64,000 nucleotides of DNA from Octopus bimaculoides (taxonomy: Eukaryota): contig NC_068981.1 in the NCBI RefSeq assembly GCF_001194135.2, positions 134,088,183 through 134,152,182 on the forward strand, written 5' to 3'. Positions within the stretch are counted from its first letter, which is position 1; the number at the start of each line of letters is the position of its first letter. Both the position numbers and the translations under genes were made by a program. Shown piece by piece: positions 12,638 through 25,440 of this stretch. Below the pieces are notes generated by a model. The model made no database searches and was not told the DNA's origin. It saw only the letters and a list, made by a program, of their open reading frames with translations.

Positions 12638-13929
12638 GAAAACAGAGGAAAGTCCCAGAGAAAAGGAAGATGGAGGAAAAAAATCACCAATAGTCCACAT
12701 GTGATTACATCTGGGAATATTTATATATATATATGTAAATGGCATGATTCTTTCAGTTTCCAGCTACCTAATCTGCTCACAAGGCTTTGGTCAGCTAGGG
12801 GTTATAACAGAAGACACTTGGACAAGGTGCCATGTAGTGAGACTGAACCAGAAACTTTGTGGTTTGAGAACAACCACATTTCAGGTTACTCTGAAGACAT
12901 AGACAGCATACAAGTAACAAACAGAGTTAAAGATATTTATAAGGGAAGCACTTCATGTAATTTCATCATCAACGACATCCAATGCTTTTTTTTCACAGCT
13001 CCATTGAGAGAAATAACTACCTGTCACTTAATGGTAGACATCAATAAATGATTCATTAACACACACATACACATTCACAAACATACATAAGCACACACAC
13101 ATATATATATATACATATGTATGTATGTATGTATGTATAATGATAGTTACTTTATGTTTTGTGATAAAGAGTATAAGTTTATTTTCTGCTTCTTGTTTCT
13201 CAGTCCAGCATTTACCTTCATTGTATTTTGGTATAAAGAAAAATTGATTTACAATAACGATGATGATAATGATGGTAATGAAAATAATGATTGTTATCGA
13301 AAACTGTTTAGTATTCAGAAAAGTATATGTAGAATAACAGCACCGGCTTTTATATAATAAGAACAGTGAATTTATTAAGATGGCATGACAGTTAAATTGC
13401 ACCATTTCTAGTGAAGATTACAGTTCTTTTGGCTGCCAATAACATTGTCTGAAGAAAGTACAGCCATAGTCTGTAATAAATACCTCCATTCTCTTGTCTA
13501 TTGATGAGAGGTAAGTTTGTCTGTTAGGTTTCTACTCAAGTGGTCTGTGTTGCAGAATCCAGGAAACACAGTTGAATCGGAAGTAGTTTAGAGTATTTTA
13601 AAGTTGGCACCAAATCAGGAGTAATAAAAATCTATCACAGATACACATATAGGATTGCTATGACAATTGTAGGTTTCCCAATTGGTTATTGATCTCTTTT
13701 TGCAAAGAATAGGAACTCTACTTTTCTTTTAGTTTTTCCATTGTGTCAATGTACTTGGAATATAGGTTGCAGAGCACTTTACTCTATTAATATATATTTT
13801 TGCATCTTGTTTCAGGAAAGTTGCTTACAAATTCCATTGAATTAGTAACTTATCTGATGAAATATTAGTCTATATCATACTTTTATTTTTCACAAAAGAC
13901 AAATACTTTCCAAGACTGTGGAAGTACAT

Positions 13930-13938
13930 GTGTATGTT

Positions 13939-13986
<48 letters not shown>

Positions 13987-14025
13987 AGAGAGGGAGAGGA
14001 GACAGAAAAGAGAGAGCGAAAATGT

Positions 14026-14061
<36 letters not shown>

Positions 14062-14098
14062 CGCGTGTGTGCATTATTGTTTATAAAATATTCTGACC

Positions 14099-14186
<88 letters not shown>

Positions 14187-14703
14187 GTATGTATACACAC
14201 ATACATGCAATATTAAATATACATACATATATGTAGAGAGAGAGATAAATAGATGGATATAGATATAGATATATATAGATATATACATGTATGCATATAT
14301 ATATATATATATATATACATATATNNNNNNNNNNTATATATATATATATACATATATATATACACATATATATATATATATATATACATATAAATACATA
14401 CATATATATTACTTTTGTTTCATTTAGAATAACTTCTAAACTTTCCATACCATATACTCCCTCGCTTAAAGAATTTTACTCTTATCCTGTCCTCCCACTC
14501 AGTCATATATCTCTGTTATTTACCTACTCATTTCAGTCTATCAATCACACCTTTTTCACGTTCTCATATTTATCTAAGCTACCTTTCTTCTCCATCTCTC
14601 TCACTCTTTCTCTCTCTCTCTCTTTCTCTCTCTCTCTCCTTCTCTCTCTCACTCTTTCTCTTTCTCTCTCTCTCTCTCCCTGTATGTGAGTGTGTTTGTG
14701 AAC

Positions 14704-14735
<32 letters not shown>

Positions 14736-15033
14736 ACATATGTACACATACACATATGCACGTAGATACACACATACATACATATACACACATACATACA
14801 TACACATATATACATGTATAAATATACACACACACATGCACACATATATAGACAGTTATATCAGAGAAAAATATATTTATATATGTAGATATGTACTTAT
14901 ATATATATGTGTGTGTGTGTGCGTGCCTGTATATATATATGTGTATGTATATATATATATATGCATGTATATGTACATATATATGTATATATATATATAA
15001 ATGTATTATATGTGTGTGTGTGTGTGTGTATAC

Positions 15034-15070
<37 letters not shown>

Positions 15071-15075
15071 CATAC
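13930..15075. repeat. large compound microsatellite field (GA, TG, TA, TC, CA)
   Basis: Read directly; includes a 10-N gap and ends at the gap starting at 15076. Confidence 0.95.
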
Positions 15076-15603
15076 NNNNNNNNNNNNNNNNNNNNNNNNN
15101 NNNNNNNNNNNNNNNNNNNNNNNNNNNNNNNNNNNNNNNNNNNNNNNNNNNNNNNNNNNNNNNNNNNNNNNNNNNNNNNNNNNNNNNNNNNNNNNNNNNN
15201 NNNNNNNNNNNNNNNNNNNNNNNNNNNNNNNNNNNNNNNNNNNNNNNNNNNNNNNNNNNNNNNNNNNNNNNNNNNNNNNNNNNNNNNNNNNNNNNNNNNN
15301 NNNNNNNNNNNNNNNNNNNNNNNNNNNNNNNNNNNNNNNNNNNNNNNNNNNNNNNNNNNNNNNNNNNNNNNNNNNNNNNNNNNNNNNNNNNNNNNNNNNN
15401 NNNNNNNNNNNNNNNNNNNNNNNNNNNNNNNNNNNNNNNNNNNNNNNNNNNNNNNNNNNNNNNNNNNNNNNNNNNNNNNNNNNNNNNNNNNNNNNNNNNN
15501 NNNNNNNNNNNNTATATATATTCCTCTAATATAACTATATTCTTTCTTCTTCATCCTTGCTATTCCTTTTACTTTTCCACTCACATATAACACATCCTCC
15601 TGT

Positions 15604-15656
<53 letters not shown>

Positions 15657-16186
15657 TCCCTCTCACTCCCTCTCTCTCTTTCTTTCTTTTCTTCTCTTTT
15701 CCCTCACACATTCTTGCAATCAATAAAATGATAGTAGCCCGAAGCTGTTAAGTAGTATAGTAACTTGTATTATTCTACAAACCAAATTATTAGAAAATCT
15801 TTTCTAGCAATACATAGCTTTGTTTTCGCAAATTCTTTGCTTATACAGATGAAATTGTTCACATAGCAATAAAGAAAAGAATATATTTACTAAGAACAGA
15901 TAATAAAAACTTCAAGAATTGTTGGTTGCAAATAGAATCTAGCAAAGTGCTACATTATCTATAATTGATTTGAAATTAATTTCCAAAAATAGAATACTGA
16001 CATATTTATTTTTTTATTTATGGAGGTTTAAATAGAAGAAATTATAGGTTATTTTAGTTTCTTTTTATGTAAATAATTTTTCATATTGAAGATTAATGTT
16101 AAAAATTATAACCAAGTATAACGTCTGTGAAAGTCATATGTCTATTAAAGTTTTATACATGTTGCATGTCTGATGATATACTCTCT

Positions 16187-16515
16187 TTTACTTGTTTCAG
16201 TCATTTGACTGCGGCCATGCTGGAGCACCGCCTTTAGTCGAGCAAATCGACCCCAGGACTTATTTTTTGGAAGCCTAGTACTTATTCTATCGGTCTCTTT
16301 TGCCGAACCGCTAAGTTACGGGGACGTAAACACACCACCATCAATTGTCAAGCGATGTTGGGGGACACACACATACATATATATATAAATATATACGACG
16401 GGCTTCTTTCAGTTTCAGTCTACCAAATCCACTCACAAGGCTTTGGTCGGCCCGAGGCTATAGTAGAAGACACTTGCCCAAGGTGCCACGCAGTGGGACT
16501 GAACCCGGAACCATG
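16187..16515 (-). mobile_element. SINE family A, tail plus microsatellite plus body, head partly lost
   Basis: tacttgtttcagtcatttgactgcggccatgctggagcaccgcc..(TA/CA)..gacgggcttctttcag..gggactgaacccggaaccatg. It retains many CpGs, so it is probably a young copy. Confidence 0.88.
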
Positions 16516-16600
16516 TATATTTGTGCATGCATGAGAGTAACATCACTGCTGACTACTGCTGCTGCTGTTGCCACCAATGTCTTTGCCAACACCATCACTG

Positions 16601-16683
16601 CCACCACTGCCACCGCCTCCCCCACCACTGCCACCGCCTCCCCCACCACTGCCACCGCCTCCCCCACCACCACTGCCACCACC
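16601..16683. repeat. 21-bp GC-rich minisatellite, about 3.5 copies
   Basis: ccaccactgccaccgcctccc starts at 16601, 16622 and 16643. Confidence 0.9.
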
Positions 16684-17165
16684 ATTATTTGTCTGTCAAA
16701 TGTTCCATCTTGTTTTTAAGCCTTACCTATTTTCCAAGTAAAGGATCTTTTATTCAACATCTTTGAAGATGCAAAGACAGAAGAGGATTAGTTGACAGGT
16801 AAATAGTCCCTCTCATCTCATGATACAACAAAACTTGTCCACTCATTCAGATATGAGCCCATGTAGCTCATATGTAGCTCTCAATGTAGCTCTCAAACAA
16901 TTCAGATATGAACCAATGTAGCTGTCTTCTACATAATCACTGAACCTGCAAGAAATAGCAAATAAATCTCCCTTGAGACCAAACCCTAAGTATATGGAGT
17001 ACTAGGCCTGGATATACAGTGGGATGGTCAAGTCTGGAACGCCCTTAATCATAGTTCATCTTCATCAGGCCTAGTTTAATGTTAAACAAAAAAAATGATT
17101 TAAACATTAATTATTCTCCTCCTTGTTCTTGTCATCGTCATTGTTGGCGTTGCTGTCATTGTCAC

Positions 17166-17197
<32 letters not shown>

Positions 17198-17508
17198 ACA
17201 TCATCATCATCAACATCAAGTGTTTTATCTTTCACTGTTCTGTGCTTGCATGGGTCTGATGGAATTCATTGAGGCATATTTTCTATAGCTGGATACCATT
17301 TTCATTGCCAATCCAAACCTGTTCCCAAGTATGGTAATATTTCCACATAGCTGGACATGCTTTCACAGAATATTTGAAACAAGGGACACCATTTGTACGA
17401 TAATGATGCTCATTTATTACTGTTTCATGGTGTTGAAATCAGGAAACGAAAAAACACACACACATTGCACTTATATACAGACACAGACAGACACAGACAC
17501 ACACACAC

Positions 17509-17561
<53 letters not shown>

Positions 17562-18367
17562 GGAGTAAGCACATAAATGTGAAACAAGGTGGAAAAAGAG
17601 TACTCAAATACCAGAGGTAGAGTAATATGCTTTATTTAAAAGCAGCAGAAATATAACAAAAGCTGTTACTCAGAGTTCGTTTGTGTGGATGTGTGTTTAC
17701 GTGCATATTTCCATATATTTATATACGTGATCTTATATGTGAATTTATACACTAATATACACTTTTGTATATACACATATATGTAATTTTATTTTCTGTA
17801 CGTTTGTTAAACATATTCCGCTACCTATCTTTCTTTCTTTTTTCTTTCCTTACGCAAAGTATCCTTTCTCTCCCAATTCGTTACTTTGATAGCGTCCTTA
17901 AACAATGCGTTCCTCTTCTCCACCCCTTACTTACCTCTTTCTTTCGCTAGCAGTTACGTTTAGGATCCTTATTATTTTCTTTTTCTTTCCCCATCCCTAC
18001 ATGTAAGACACATTTCCTATCTATCTTGTCAGTTATAACTGACTTCTATATGTATACACCAAGAGATTTTCGTACGTGGACATGATTGCGTGCATATATG
18101 TATATGCGTATTTGTGAGTATATTTATGTCTTACATATATATATGCCTGTATATGTATGTAACTATGTGCATGCATCTGTGTATTTTGATGTATATATGT
18201 ATATTATAGATGGTCTAGTATGGGTATATACTGTTGTAAAATATTTATGTAATGCAGCGTGAAAATTTTAATATTAATGTATTAATTGACTTATATTTCG
18301 TATATAATTATTTACAATATGTAATTTGAATCCGCTCTTCGATTTGAGGTTTTTCTTCGATTCTACA

Positions 18368-18406
<39 letters not shown>

Positions 18407-18789
18407 TGTATTAAAACTTGTCCCTCCTGTGTTGCCTTCATTTTGTACTCATTGCCTTATATATATATATAAAACAGCGTTTCTCAACCGGCGTTCCCTG
18501 GAACCCTAAGGCTCCAAAAAGGATTCCTAGGGGTTAGTAATGAAGCATTTTTTTTTATATAGGCAGTTCATCTCAGTTATCTAAAAGAATTTCTAATCAT
18601 TACTCTACATTTAGGGATAGGAATAAACGTAACAGTACAGGGCTTAGTAAATTAATTTGGTATATAAAAGACCACAATAAACAATTTAATTTAGTTTGGT
18701 TGATTCTCTCAATTTCGATACCTTATGATAAAGGCAAGGAATTCTGTCTTCTCTGTAATTCTGAACTATTTTTAATTCTTTTTTTCTAA

Positions 18790-19420
18790 AAATCCCCTTG
18801 TAAACACGGTTATAGAGCGTGCATACCGATGTAGACATTGGTAGAAACACACCTTTAGTTCATATAAGTGATATTTATCATTATATATAATTTACACATT
18901 AATTTTCTTACATTTCACATTCACTAGATATATCTTTTTCCAAGACTTTAGGGTTTTATTTAATTTACATATCGTTATATACTTCTCATTTATTTGTTCT
19001 TTTCTTTCTTTTACCCCTCCTCTTTCTATAGGTTGCCTTTGACGTTATATCCTCTAACCTTTTCTTAAAACAAATTTAATAGCGTTCAATTAATCACTAT
19101 ACATATCCATCATATTCTGTTAAAATGTTTTATTGACGAGTTTCATTTCTTTATTTCCCTGAAGAGAAGATTACATTGTTTTACACCATTTTATTCCTTT
19201 GGAATAATACTAGCGATATCTTTGAAACACGTGTCGGAAGTAAAAGAATTTGAATAACACCTGTGTTTAACCCCATTTATTTATTTATATATATTATACA
19301 AAATATTTCACGTAAACCCGGAGTTTCTACATTTAAAAACAAGGAGTTACACCCTTTTACTTGTGTGATTTTTTACTACCCTGCTAACTATTTATCCATT
19401 TTTTCCTTGTTAATTGTTAA
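18790..19420 (+). mobile_element. probable PLE non-coding terminus
   Basis: T-rich, CpG-retaining tract that contains the hammerhead at 19152-19242 and ends at a (CA)n array and gap. Boundaries are approximate. Confidence 0.5.
19152..19242 (+). ncRNA. type I hammerhead ribozyme, intact consensus core
   Basis: tatttcc-CTGAAGA(19159-19165)-gaagat..46 nt..atcttt-GAAAC(19224-19228)-acgt-GTC(19233-19235)-ggaagta. Stem I has at least 7 bp (one G.U), stem II has 6 bp, stem III is the palindrome ACACGTGT, and the cleavage triplet is GUC. Confidence 0.82.
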
Positions 19421-19435
19421 CAAGAGTAAAATACA

Positions 19436-19479
<44 letters not shown>

Positions 19480-20087
19480 NNNNNNNNNNNNNNNNNNNNN
19501 NNNNNNNNNNNNNNNNNNNNNNNNNNNNNNNNNNNNNNNNNNNNNNNNNNNNNNNNNNNNNNNNNNNNNNNNNNNNNNNNNNNNNNNNNNNNNNNNNNNN
19601 NNNNNNNNNNNNNNNNNNNNNNNNNNNNNNNNNNNNNNNNNNNNNNNNNNNNNNNNNNNNNNNNNNNNNNNNNNNNNNNNNNNNNNNNNNNNNNNNNNNN
19701 NNNNNNNNNNNNNNNNNNNNNNNNNNNNNNNNNNNNNNNNNNNNNNNNNNNNNNNNNNNNNNNNNNNNNNNNNNNNNNNNNNNNNNNNNNNNNNNNNNNN
19801 NNNNNNNNNNNNNNNNNNNNNNNNNNNNNNNNNNNNNNNNNNNNNNNNNNNNNNNNNNNNNNNNNNNNNNNNNNNNNNNNNNNNNNNNNNNNNNNNNNNN
19901 NNNNNNNNNNNNNNNNNNNNNNNNNNNNNNNNNNNNNNNNNNNNNNNNNNNNNNNNNNNNNNNNNNNNNNNNNNNNNNNNNNNNNNNNNNNNNNNNNNNN
20001 NNNNNNNNNNNNNNNNNNNNNNNNNNNNNNNNNNNNNNNNNNNNNNNNNNNNNNNNNNNNNNNNNNNNNNNNNNNNNNNNNNNNNNN

Positions 20088-20125
<38 letters not shown>

Positions 20126-20159
20126 ACACACACATATATATATATGTATGCATATGTGC

Positions 20160-20189
<30 letters not shown>

Positions 20190-20195
<6 letters not shown>

Positions 20196-20400
20196 AGAAT
20201 TCACAAAAAAAAACAGAAGACAAAGACAAGTGGTGTAGATAACAAACAGATGTATTAGTATAATGCTCGGGAAGTGAAAAAGTCTTTAACGTTACGAGCC
20301 TATGCTCTTCCACAGAAAGGAACACAGAAAGAAACAAGGAGAGAAAAAAAAGGAGAAAAAAATATTAATGCATAGTGGCTAGCGATCTATCATGGCGAAT
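20190..20400 (-). mobile_element. PLE-type terminus with a decayed hammerhead-like motif (20283-20319)
   Basis: Homologous to 26937-27256. Minus strand reads cttt-CTGTGGA-a-gagc-atag-gctc-GTAAC-GTT-aaag. Confidence 0.55.
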
Positions 20401-21390
20401 ATACATATATATATATACACACACACACATACATATAGATTGGGCTTCTTTTAGTTTTCATCTGTCAAATCTACTCAAAAGGCTTGGTCAACTCAGGGTG
20501 ATAATAAAAGACACTTGCCCAAAGTGTCACACACAGTGGGACTGAACCCCAAATCACATGGTTTGAAAGCAAACTCCTTTGACCACACAACCATCCCTGC
20601 TCCTATCATATCCACACAGTATCTCACCAGTCTCAAAGAGCCTGCAAATGCCATGGGCACATTCATTTCTTTCAGACCAAGTAAGTGAAAATAATGGTGA
20701 GAGAAAGGGACAAGTTGATGAAAGGAGTAATATTTAAATCCTGAAAAGCTGTTCAGCAGTGCTGAGAAAATACATCTGTTCAATACATTTCACAGAATAG
20801 TGACTGATGTATTTTTATTCTCAAAGCAAAGCCGCAAAATAACTAGTGTTTGGTATGACATGAGAATAAATCAATTAAAGTTACACAACCACAGATAAAC
20901 TGAAAAGGAATTCCAATATCCTTTATCATTGTTGGAGAAAGCCATAACTCACTCTATTGGCTGTTTAGAAAAGATGATAAATCTTTAATATAAGGAGTTT
21001 AGAATGAAGGTGTCTAGATATCATCAATATAATTTTTATGTGCTATCCTCCAAGGAATAAAATTTTGCTTAGCAATATTTATACCCTCACAAGTGGATAT
21101 ATTGGATATACATGGATAGATTCATATAGGTTTGCTTGATCAGGTTAGACCTAGGGCTATACAACAACAACAACAACAACAGCAGCAGCAGCAACAGCAA
21201 TAGATGGATTCCCATGTTTGTATGTGATGTCAACAGTAAAATGACATTGAATTTCCCAATGAAACAACAAAGATCTATGAACGCTTGAGATTTTACATGG
21301 ATAGTGATAGCAATGGAAGAAATCTTATTGAAATGGTCACCAAGGTTTACTAACCATCTCAAAAGATATTTGAATATTTTGCTATATTAA

Positions 21391-21609
21391 CCCTTTAGTA
21401 TTCAGATTATTTTGTCAAATGTAATATTTATTTATTCACATTGTTTTGAAATAATCATGCATCATCTTGCAGCTTTGAGATTTTCATGATGTGATTGTTT
21501 GTTTTTAGAAGGACATTGCAGGGTAGGTGTGAGAGGTTGCATCTGGCTGGTTTGAACATAAAACAGTAGAATATTTAATCCGGATATGACCAGTTGGAAT
21601 GCGAAAGGG
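21391..21609 (+). mobile_element. piggyBac-type MITE
   Basis: TTAA|CCCTTTAGTATT ... AATGCGAAAGGG|TTAA, with TSDs at 21387-21390 and 21610-21613; 219 bp. Confidence 0.85.
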
Positions 21610-21654
21610 TTAATGAATGCTAAGTTTTATCCGAGTCAGTATAAATGAAAGCAC

Positions 21655-21880
21655 GCAGCCTGGTGGTTAGGGTGTTGCACTCACAAACGCAAGATTGTGG
21701 TTTCGATTTCCAGACTGCATGGTGCATCGTCTCCTTGAGCAAAGCACTTCATCTCATGTAAATGAGTAATTTTGTGACTGATCAGCTTCCTGTTCATAGG
21801 GAATTTTGTGATCTCAATCACTTGTACACCATATAAGCTGGGTAACTGGCCAGATGAATCCTAGGATTCAAGACAAGACT
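21655..21880 (+). mobile_element. tRNA-derived SINE, degenerate, related head with CORE-like segment
   Basis: gcctggtggttagggtgttgcactc..GGTTTCGATTTCC..ccttgagcaaagcacttcatctca, followed by an (AAAT)n tail. Confidence 0.5.
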
Positions 21881-22372
21881 AAAACAAATAAATAAATAAA
21901 TAAATAAACAAAATATAAATATAAAACAAATACATATGTGCAAAAAGAGCTGCAGTGATTCAGTATTTCACACACTGACATTAAAGGAGTACAAAGCTAT
22001 GTAATTTGCTCCAATAAAATACATAAACATATTACTGAGGCAGCGTTTTACATCCAACACTCTTCCTGTGGCTAACTTCTATTTTTTTCTCTCTTTTATT
22101 ACTTTACAGACAAGGTTTGTTTACAGGATGTTGTTTTTTTATTAGCTTCAGCTTGAGAGCTGCGGCCATGCTGGGGCACTGCCGTTATCTATATTTTTAA
22201 ATAAGGGAACTTTTATTTCACATGTTTTTCAAGGTACAAAGCAAGCAGATGATTTATTGACAGAAGGGACAACACAGGTAGTAGATTGTGACTTTCACAG
22301 AGCACAAATCTAAATAAACACACAGACACAAACATGTGCACACATAGACACATACATCCATATATACAAACC

Positions 22373-22445
<73 letters not shown>

Positions 22446-23299
22446 AATAGGATTCTTTCATTTTTTTCCTGTCTACAATCCATTAAGCTTTCATCAGCCC
22501 AGGGCTGACAGAAGATGCTTTCTCAAAGAGTCATGCAGTGGGAGGGATCTCAGAACCGTGTGATTGTCAGCAAATTTCTTAACTCCTCAGCAATCCTGCA
22601 CCAAAATATGTTATACATATTAAATTATAAATATTAGAAAAGTCTTGAGGGAAATCATTCACAGATGTCATAATATGCTAATTTTTCTTGCCTTTTCATC
22701 TATTTATGAACAATATTGTACCTCTGTTTAGTTAGTTTCTCATCCCTACTTCATCACAAGGGGGAAAGTCTATATTTTTCTGACAAGGTTGTAATAAGAC
22801 TGAAACAAATATAAAGTTGTCTCCCATACTTGCAAAATTTATTAAAATATTATCAGCCATTGAGTTGTCTTTTTTCATCACATAATCATTTTTAATGAGC
22901 TTTTTTTATGTGTTCTGCAGTAAATATGTTAACATTAATTTAACTGTGAATATTAAATATACTTTTACACACTGAAATGTTAGTTATCTTGATTTATTGC
23001 ATTTCAAAAAATTTTAATGTAAAATCTGAAACTAACAAGTTGCTTTTGATATATTAAAAAAATTTAAATACATCTGAAATGTATCTTTTCTTTTCTATCT
23101 ACTTTCTTTAGTAATAAGAAAACCAGATTAAGATAAGAAAATTTGCTTCCTTCAGATTATTCTAATCTAGGAATCAAATATGAATAACATCAGAATTATG
23201 TGTTCAGGGAAATATCTTAAAAAGAAGAATATTTCAAAATTTGGAAGAATCGACTCAATTTGAAAGACCTAAAGGAAACTATACAGAAAACTGGAATAT

Positions 23300-23723
23300 T
23301 CCTTTCTACTCTTGGCACAAGGCCTGAAATTTTTGGGGAGGGGGGGCCTGTCAATTAGATCGATCACAGTATGCAACTGATACTTAAGTTATCAACACTA
23401 AAAGGATGAAAGCGGAATTTGAACTCAGAACGTAAAGACAGACGAAATACCGCTAAGCATTTCACCCAGCAGGCTAACATTTCTGACAGCTTGCCACCTT
23501 TGTAAATAAATATATTCTTTTCTGGCACAAGGCCTGAAATTTTTGGAGAGGGGGCCTTGGCGATTAGATCAATCCCAGTACACAACTGATACTTAATTTA
23601 TTGACCCAAAACGATGAAAGGCAAAGTCGATCTCGGCAGAATTTGAACTCAGAACGTAGCAGCAGACGAAATACTGCTAAGCATTTCGCCCGGCAGGCTA
23701 ACATTTCTGCCAGCTCGTCACCT
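23300..23723 (-). mobile_element. two tandem SINE family B copies
   Basis: Units at about 23300-23500 and 23515-23723. The minus strand of the second begins aaggtgacgagcTGGCAGAAATGttagc..ctGAGTTCAAATtctgcc. Confidence 0.85.
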
Positions 23724-23781
23724 TTAATGATAATAATAATAATCCTTTCTTCTAAAGGCACGAGGCATGAAAGTTGTTGTC

Positions 23782-24160
23782 GTCATCATCATCATCGTCG
23801 TTTAATGTCCGCTTTCCATGCTAGCATGGGTTGGACGATTTGACTGAGGACTGGTAAAACCGGATGGCAACACCAGGCTCCAATCTAATTTGGCAGAGTT
23901 TCTACAGCTGGATGCCCTTCCTAACGCCAACCACTCAGAGAGTGTAGTGGGTGCTTTTACGTGTCACCCGCACGAAGGCCAGTCAGGCGGTACTGGCAAC
24001 GGCCACGCTCGAAATGGTGTCTTTTATGTGCCACCCGCACAAAAGCCAGTCCAGGGGCACTGGCAACGATCTCGCTTGAAAACCCTACGAAGGCCAGTCA
24101 GGCGGCACTGGCAACGGTCACGCTCAAAATGGTGCATCTTATGTGCCACCCGCACAGGGG
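23782..24160 (-). mobile_element. RTE-type LINE 3' UTR/tail with an internal ~114-bp duplication
   Basis: (CAT)n-cgtttaatgtccgctttccatgctagcatggg..ggatgcccttcctaacgcc; the segment acgaaggccagtcaggcgg..gtgccacccgcac occurs twice. Confidence 0.85.
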
Positions 24161-24362
24161 TTAGAAAACTGGAATATTAATTAGTAGTAAAAGAGGCAAG
24201 CATTTTGTTGGAAACAACCGCATTTCGTATGTATGAAGGAAGTAGGCAAGAAAGAAAAAGTCAAGAATGTATAGCTAAATGCATAAGTGGGTTATGGAAT
24301 ACCAGGTGTTTTGTTGTATCTTGGGTAGGTTATTATGCCAATAATAAGCACACACACATATG

Positions 24363-24431
<69 letters not shown>

Positions 24432-24557
24432 ATAGGAAGTGAAACCCTTGGGTGTTTATTCTGGCCCTGAGATGACAGAACATAGTATTTTTCAGCAACG
24501 CTGTCAACAAGCCATTCAAATGTTTTGTGCAAGATGCATGCTTATATTTAATAAACG

Positions 24558-24800
24558 GAGGTGCAAGTGTGGCTGCAGAGTTAAGGAACTTGTTTCCTAA
24601 CCATGTGGTCTTGGGTTCAGTCCCACTGTGGAGTACATCAGGCAGGTGTGGCTGTGTGGTAAGAAATTTGTTTCCCAGCCTCGTGGTTCTGGGTTCAGTC
24701 CCACTGTGTAGCATCTTGGGCAAGTGTCCTCTGTTATAGCCTCAGGCTAACCAAGGCCTTGTGAGTGGATTTGGTAGACAAAAGCTGAAAGAAGCCTGTT
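24558..24800 (+). mobile_element. SINE family A with a duplicated tRNA head
   Basis: gtggctg..GGGTTCAGTCCCACTGTG occurs twice (about 24558-24640 and 24641-24720) ahead of one body. Confidence 0.8.
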
Positions 24801-25128
24801 ACACATACATGCATGCATGTGCGTGCACACACACACATACACACACACACATATATTCAAATATTAAATAGAAATAGAAGCTGCACTAGTGTAATAAACA
24901 TTACCAACCACATATACTTAGCATAAATGTCTTTTGTTTTTGCTGATAGGCTGTGATTTGGCATGGCAGAGAATACTCTCTCAAAAGTCATGGACAAGTG
25001 GGATAACTCACCTGTCCATTACTTTCAGGTGTTTTAACACCCAGCATTTTGAGAGAGTATTCTCCACCATGCCAAATCACAGCCTATCAGCAAAAACATG
25101 GCACTTTTACATTCAGTATATGAGGTTG

Positions 25129-25134
<6 letters not shown>

Positions 25135-25185
<51 letters not shown>

Positions 25186-25440
25186 GTTTAACGTCTGCTT
25201 TCCTTGCTGGCATGAGTTGGACGATTTGACTGAGGACTGGCGAACCAGATGGCTGTACCAGGCTCCAATCTGATCTGGCAGAGTTTCTACAGCTGGATGC
25301 CCTTCCTATAATGCCAACCATTCCGAGAGGCATGAGGGCCAGTCAGGTGGTACTGGCAACGGTCACGCTCAAATGGTGTTTTTTATGTACCACCTGCACA
25401 GGAGGGTGTTTTTTACATCCCACCTGCACAAGAGCCATAG
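25135..25440 (-). mobile_element. RTE-type 3' tail
   Basis: Long (CAT)n followed by the same tail sequence as 23782 and 58291. Confidence 0.85.

Noticed and set aside
16846-16925. Local repeats attcagatatga..atgtagct
   Set aside because: A small slippage duplication with no further structure.
18475-18560. hAT-like left TIR cagcgtttctcaacc (and a right-TIR-like ttgagaaccact near 12045)
   Set aside because: No matching second end or TSD was found, so no element boundaries can be supported.
23970-24160. CRISPR-like spaced direct repeats (ccagtc..actggcaacg)
   Set aside because: These are internal modules of an RTE 3' UTR found at several loci. The 'spacers' are homologous to each other, the context is eukaryotic, and there are no cas genes.
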